A DNA stretch of 64,000 bases, from NCBI GenBank assembly GCA_046313635.1, contig JBKBYA010000006.1, forward strand, positions 166,385 through 230,384. Direction: 5' to 3'. The notes under the pieces were generated by a model. The model searched no databases. It was not told where the DNA came from and worked only from the letters and a program-made list of their open reading frames with translations. This DNA comes from Pyrinomonadaceae bacterium. Its GTDB lineage: Bacteria; Acidobacteriota; Blastocatellia; Pyrinomonadales; Pyrinomonadaceae. Shown here one piece after another: positions 59,508 through 64,000 of this stretch. The translations under genes and the position numbers were made by a program. The stretch's first letter is position 1. Each line of letters starts with the position of its first letter.

Positions 59508-60404
59508 TCAGGCACGATCTTCGTTCTCAAGGATCTCGCGCAGGTCGTCCTCGCCCAGCTGGTAGATCTCACTGCAAAAGCCGCAGGACATCACGGCCCC
59601 GTTGTCCTCTGCCAGCATCGACTCGACCTCGCCGCGGCCGAGAGCTGCGACCATCGTCCTGGCGCGCTCGAGCGAGCAGTTGCACGCGAAGCGGACAGGC
59701 CGCCTTTCCAAGACCTGAAAGTCGATCTCGCCGAGTGCCATCCGAGCGAGGTCCTCGGGCCCCGCACCTTCCCGTATCAGATTTGTGACGTGCGGCGCGT
59801 GGGCTATGGTGTCCTCGATCATCGTCACATGGTGCTCGTTGGCCCCAGGCATTATCTGCACGAGCACGCCGCCGGCCGCGCTTACATACGGCTCCGCATT
59901 CTGCAGCAGCACGCCGAGCAAAACCGCCGACGGGATCTGCTCGCTCTTTGCGAGGTAGTACGCAAAGTCCTCGGCGATCTCACCGGTGACGATCGGCACG
60001 GAGCCGACGTACGGGTCGCGATGCAGCCCGATATCGAAGCCGGCCTCGCGTATAACGTAAAAAGTACCGTCCCCGACGATCGCGCCGACGTTGAATTTCC
60101 CGTCCGGCCGCGGCGGAGCGTCGGCCTCGGGATTTCGGATATAGCCTCTCACCTCGCCGTGCACATTCGCCTCGGCCGTCACGCCGCCGATCGGGCCGCT
60201 GCACTCGAGACGCACGGTCAACCTGTCAAAATCTTTCAATGTCGAGGCGAGCAGCAAAGTGCCGGTCAGTACTCGCCCGAGGGCGGCCGACGCGGTCGGC
60301 GACGGCTGGTGGCGGCGTATCGCCTCGGCGGTGATGGCCGATGTCACGGCCGAAAGGACGCGGATCGTGCCGTCGGCGGCCGTAGCGTGGATGAGTGTGT
60401 CCAT
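59508..60404 (-). CDS. hslO: Hsp33 redox chaperone
   Basis: GEIAEDFAYYLAKSEQIPS, CNCS, CGFC. Confidence 0.96.
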   Translation of the reverse strand: MDTLIHATAADGTIRVLSAVTSAITAEAIRRHQPSPTASAALGRVLTGTLLLASTLKDFDRLTVRLECSGPIGGVTAEANVHGEVRGYIRNPEADAPPRPDGKFNVGAIVGDGTFYVIREAGFDIGLHRDPYVGSVPIVTGEIAEDFAYYLAKSEQIPSAVLLGVLLQNAEPYVSAAGGVLVQIMPGANEHHVTMIEDTIAHAPHVTNLIREGAGPEDLARMALGEIDFQVLERRPVRFACNCSLERARTMVAALGRGEVESMLAEDNGAVMSCGFCSEIYQLGEDDLREILENEDRA

Positions 60405-60655
60405 TAAGTACAGTTTTCGAAAACGGACGATCGAAAGTCAAATTTTTTCCAGTCTCCGCACGGCGAATACAAACGCGGCTTTTTGCCTTCGCTTCGAGGG
60501 GCTGAGGTACGGCTTACGGCTGTTTGTCGGCGATACCCGTCGCTTGGCCGCTCGGGGCGCGCCGACGACTGGCGGGCGACAGTTCGACCCGCGTTCACAG
60601 CCGCCGTACACAACGCGGGAGGCGGTCGACGGGCCTCCGGCGGGTTTCTCGCGGT

Positions 60656-60710
60656 GCCCAATATCTTGTAGCTGAAGATTCTTGACAAACCTCATATAGT
60701 CGTTTAGCAT
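60656..60710 (+). promoter_or_regulatory. Tandem NrdR boxes overlapping a sigma70 promoter
   Basis: gcccaatatcttgtag (60656) and the weaker aaacctcatatagtcg (60687), 31 bp apart; TTGACA-N17-TAGCAT. Confidence 0.7.
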
Positions 60711-60853
60711 TCGACTGTTTTCGCCGGACCCGCTTCACCAAACAGACAATTCACGCGACATCCGCGGCCTCCCCGGAGGCGTCCTTCAGCTGTCTTTGGT
60801 GTTAAAATTGCGTTAAGTTCCGTCCGTAATTTCTATTCACAGGAGACTTCATA

Positions 60854-63415
60854 ATGAGCACTGTCCTCAAACCAGCAGTCATCACCAACTACGCCGACAA
60901 AAAGAATGGGAATGGCTCCTCCTCACGCCGGCAGTTCGGCCTGCTGGGGCTCAATGCTCAAAAGGTCGTGGCAAAACGGTACTCGCTCAAGAACGAGAAG
61001 GGCGAAGCGATCGAGACCTGGGACGACATCGTCAGGCGAGTCGTGGGTCACGTCTCGCGCGCCGAGACCGACCCCGTCAAGCGACAGCTGTTTTATGACG
61101 AGATGTCGGACATTATGCTGGCCCGCGAATTTGTCCCAAACACGCCGTGCCTCGTCAATGCCGGCAAGCCTAACGGCCAGCTCGCCGCGTGTTTCGTGCT
61201 GAATGTTCCCGACTCGATCGAGGGCATCATGGAGCACGCGCAGAATGTCGCGATCATTCACCAGACAGGCGGCGGCACGGGCATGACATACGAGTTTCTG
61301 CGGCCCGCCGGCTCGATGGTCAACTCGACGCGCGGCGTCGCTTCGGGACCGGTCAGCTTTATGAACATCGTCAACCAGACGACCGAGGTCGTAAAGCAGG
61401 GCGGCGTCCGTCGCGGTGCGAACATGGGCATCCTGCGCGTCAGCCATCCCGACATCCTGCGGTTCATCCATGCAAAGAACGATCAGACGAGCCTGACGAA
61501 TTTCAATATCTCGGTCACGGTCACCGACGACTTTATGAACGCCGCCGAAAAGGGCGTGTGGTTTCAGACCGAGTTTGACGGCAAGGCCTGGACCGAGCCG
61601 GTCCACGATCCGGTGACGGGCCGCGACTACACCGTCTATCGTCGGCCCGACGGTTCGACGGTGACATTTGCCGACAAGCTCGCCTTTGAGACGGCCGACC
61701 TCTCGGACTGCGTGATCGAAGAACCGCCGATGCCTGGCATGATCTACGCTCCCGACATCTGGAATCGCATCATAGCGTCCGCGCACAAGTACGCCGAGCC
61801 GGGCATCATCTTTATCGACGAGGTCAATCGGCATAACCATATGATGAGGTCGATGGGCCCGATCTACGCGTGCAACCCGTGCGGCGAGCAGCAGCTCCAC
61901 TTCAACAACTCGTGCAATCTCGGCTCGATCGACGTCGCAAAGTTTTATAAGAAGGTCGGCGACGGCACCGATATTGATGAATGCATCGACTGGGACCGCC
62001 TCGCTCGCGTGTCGCAGACGTGTACGAGGTTTTTGGATAACGTCATCGACGCCGGGCACTTCCCTCTCGCGGCGATCGACGACGTCGTCAAACGCACTCG
62101 TCCGGTCGGTCTCGGGATCATGGGATTTGCCGATCTGTGCTTGAAGCTCGGCATCACGTACGGCGACGACGCCTCGCTCGAGCTGATGGAGCGCGTGATG
62201 GGATTTGTCCGCCGCGAGGCATGGCTCGCGTCGCTGCAGCTCGGGGCCGAAAAGGGCGTCTTCCCCGAGCTCGAGCCCAACAAGGAGGCGTACGCCGATT
62301 TTATCTACAACCAGCTCGGCATCTCGCGCGACATTCCGCTGACGCCCCGCAACTACGAGGTGACGACGATCGCGCCGACCGGGACCATCTCGCTCGTCGC
62401 CGAGACGTCATCCGGCATCGAACCGAATTTCTCCTGGGCCTACGTGCGACAGGACACGCTCGGCACCCGCACCTACGTCCACACGCTCGCGGCCGAAGCG
62501 CTCGGTCTCGACGTCGACCAGACCGACGAGGACTCGATCCGAGAGGCTGCCGAGTACGTGGTCGAGCACGAGAGCGATCTGCCGCCGCACTTCATCTCGG
62601 CGATGAAGATCAGCTCGATCCAGCACGTCAAGGTCCTCGGCGCGGCGCAGAAGCACGTCGACAACTCGATCTCAAAGACCTGCAACGGCGCACGCGACGA
62701 CACGGTCGAATCGGTCGATAAACTCTATCGCCTCGCCCGAGAGCTCGGCTGCAAGGCCGTCAGCTACTACCGCGACGGCAGCCGCGAGGGCCAAGTGCTG
62801 ACGTCGATGAAGAAGGACGCAAAAGAGCGGCCGGCCGCCGACGGTCTCGCGGAGACCGCAGCCGCATCCGCGGCCCCGGTACCGAATGCCGCCGCCGGCG
62901 CGCCGGCGCAGCGGATCGATCGTCCACGCGAGCTCCGCGGAGCGACCTGGCGGATCCCTTTCGACAACGCCAACCTTTACGTGACCGTCAATCATAACGG
63001 CGAACGCGTGATGGAGGTCTTTGCCGCCGGCCCGATAAGCGAGGGCGTGGGGCTGCTCGCCTCGAAGATGCTCCGAGGCGGATTTGAGGTCAAAGAAGTT
63101 GCTCGCAGTCTGAACAAGGTCACCGGAACGCACGCTGTCTGGTTCAACGAGCGTCTCCTCACCTCGCCCGAGCAGGCCGTCGCAGAGTGCCTTATGATCA
63201 CGCAGCGGCGACTTACCAATATGCCCGAGTCGGAGCGTCAGATCGCAAAGTCGAGCGGCGTCGCCGCACCGGCCGTGACGCCCAACTACGAGGCCGTCGT
63301 GCCGATGACCGAGATGTCGACGATGATCAGCGAATGCCCCGAATGCGGCGGCCAGCTCGAGCACGCCTCGGGCTGCGACTCTTGCCGCGACTGCGGGTAT
63401 TCGAAATGTAAATAG
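60854..63415 (+). CDS. nrdJ: Class II (adenosylcobalamin-dependent) ribonucleotide reductase
   Basis: [40 protein letters not shown]-terminal zinc ribbon. Confidence 0.95.
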   Translation: MSTVLKPAVITNYADKKNGNGSSSRRQFGLLGLNAQKVVAKRYSLKNEKGEAIETWDDIVRRVVGHVSRAETDPVKRQLFYDEMSDIMLAREFVPNTPCLVNAGKPNGQLAACFVLNVPDSIEGIMEHAQNVAIIHQTGGGTGMTYEFLRPAGSMVNSTRGVASGPVSFMNIVNQTTEVVKQGGVRRGANMGILRVSHPDILRFIHAKNDQTSLTNFNISVTVTDDFMNAAEKGVWFQTEFDGKAWTEPVHDPVTGRDYTVYRRPDGSTVTFADKLAFETADLSDCVIEEPPMPGMIYAPDIWNRIIASAHKYAEPGIIFIDEVNRHNHMMRSMGPIYACNPCGEQQLHFNNSCNLGSIDVAKFYKKVGDGTDIDECIDWDRLARVSQTCTRFLDNVIDAGHFPLAAIDDVVKRTRPVGLGIMGFADLCLKLGITYGDDASLELMERVMGFVRREAWLASLQLGAEKGVFPELEPNKEAYADFIYNQLGISRDIPLTPRNYEVTTIAPTGTISLVAETSSGIEPNFSWAYVRQDTLGTRTYVHTLAAEALGLDVDQTDEDSIREAAEYVVEHESDLPPHFISAMKISSIQHVKVLGAAQKHVDNSISKTCNGARDDTVESVDKLYRLARELGCKAVSYYRDGSREGQVLTSMKKDAKERPAADGLAETAAASAAPVPNAAAGAPAQRIDRPRELRGATWRIPFDNANLYVTVNHNGERVMEVFAAGPISEGVGLLASKMLRGGFEVKEVARSLNKVTGTHAVWFNERLLTSPEQAVAECLMITQRRLTNMPESERQIAKSSGVAAPAVTPNYEAVVPMTEMSTMISECPECGGQLEHASGCDSCRDCGYSKCK

Positions 63416-63503
63416 CCTCGCGACCAGAGAGCATGAACAGAAAGGCCGGCGTCGTCATCGCCGGCCTTTTACGTTTATTTGCCTTTGCGTGCCCGGCGAG
63501 CTT

Positions 63504-63618
63504 TGCGTGAAATGCTCCTTTTTTAACCGCAAAGAACGCAAAGGTCGCCGATGGACAGGATGAGCAGGATGAGTTGAGCTTGGCGCTCACGCATCCTGCC
63601 GATCCTGTCCATCCTGTT
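63504..63618. repeat. Short-period inverted repeats
   Basis: ctttgcg / cgcaaag aa cgcaaag; gacaggatg agcaggatg versus catcctgcc gatcctgtc catcctgtt (9-nt period). Confidence 0.6.
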
Positions 63619-63633
63619 TGAATCGCGCCGACT

Positions 63634-64000
63634 TTATCTCACGGCGAGGCTCGGCACGGGGACGTCGCCGGTCGTGCCGAACGGGGTGATCTGGACTCCG
63701 CCGGTCGACTTGTTGACGAACCATGTCGAGTTCGACGGGCGGAAGACGGCCGCGTCCGTCTTACCGTCGCCGTCAAAGTCGCCCGGTGCCGCCACATCGC
63801 CCGACGTGCCGAACGGGAATGCAAAGAACGACGAATCTTCGCTTCTCAAGACGTACCATTCGCCCGTCGAGGGCCGCCAGAATGCGACGTCCGCCTTGCC
63901 GTCGCCGGTGTAGTCGCCCGCCGCGGCCTTGTCGGTCGATTGCCCGAAGCTCGCCGCAAACAGTCCGGCCGTCGATCTGAGGATCCACCATTCGGCTCCC
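63634..64000 (-). CDS. C-terminus of an FG-GAP/VCBS-repeat secreted protein; starts beyond the window
   Basis: FGTSGDVAAPGDFDGDGKTDAAVFRPS; the frame continues toward the window end. Confidence 0.85.
   Translation of the reverse strand, partial: GAEWWILRSTAGLFAASFGQSTDKAAAGDYTGDGKADVAFWRPSTGEWYVLRSEDSSFFAFPFGTSGDVAAPGDFDGDGKTDAAVFRPSNSTWFVNKSTGGVQITPFGTTGDVPVPSLAVR

Noticed and set aside
61550..61750. Intein or intron in nrdJ (apparently extended loop)
   Set aside because: Too short, with no C/S...HN splice motifs, and the frame is continuous.
4686..63618. CRISPR array
   Set aside because: The repeats have 7-9 nt periods or are isolated palindromes; no repeat-spacer structure and no cas genes.

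Overview
GC-rich bacterial chromosome segment. Gene content (elb-like lipid cluster, FG-GAP/CHRD secreted proteins, wHTH-TPR receptor, mglAB) suggests Acidobacteriota, probably Blastocatellia; this is an inference. Most of the window is housekeeping: coaD, pdp, ispDF, radA, tsaE, nnr, apt, thiDE, mutM, glmS, glmU, ispA, hslO, nrdJ and three tRNAs. Notable items: (1) a ~4 kb prophage/ICE relic between a 45-bp att duplication of tRNA-Arg(CCT). It keeps only an integrase C-terminus and two oppositely oriented pieces of a giant polyvalent protein, whose linkers carry two small nested +1-frame ORFs, one with its own promoter-like signal. (2) An elbB/C/D-like ether-lipid cluster, with a REP-like palindrome inserted in frame in elbD and a four-helix-bundle gene bracketed by inverted heptamer arrays. 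(3) A SAM-II-like riboswitch with a terminator/antiterminator ahead of a methionine synthase. (4) A decayed hicA, a ChdC/Cld-like protein lacking the heme His, an uncharacterised gene pair between glmU and glmS, and an SgmX-like TPR protein. All family assignments come from motif recognition by eye; no database search was run.
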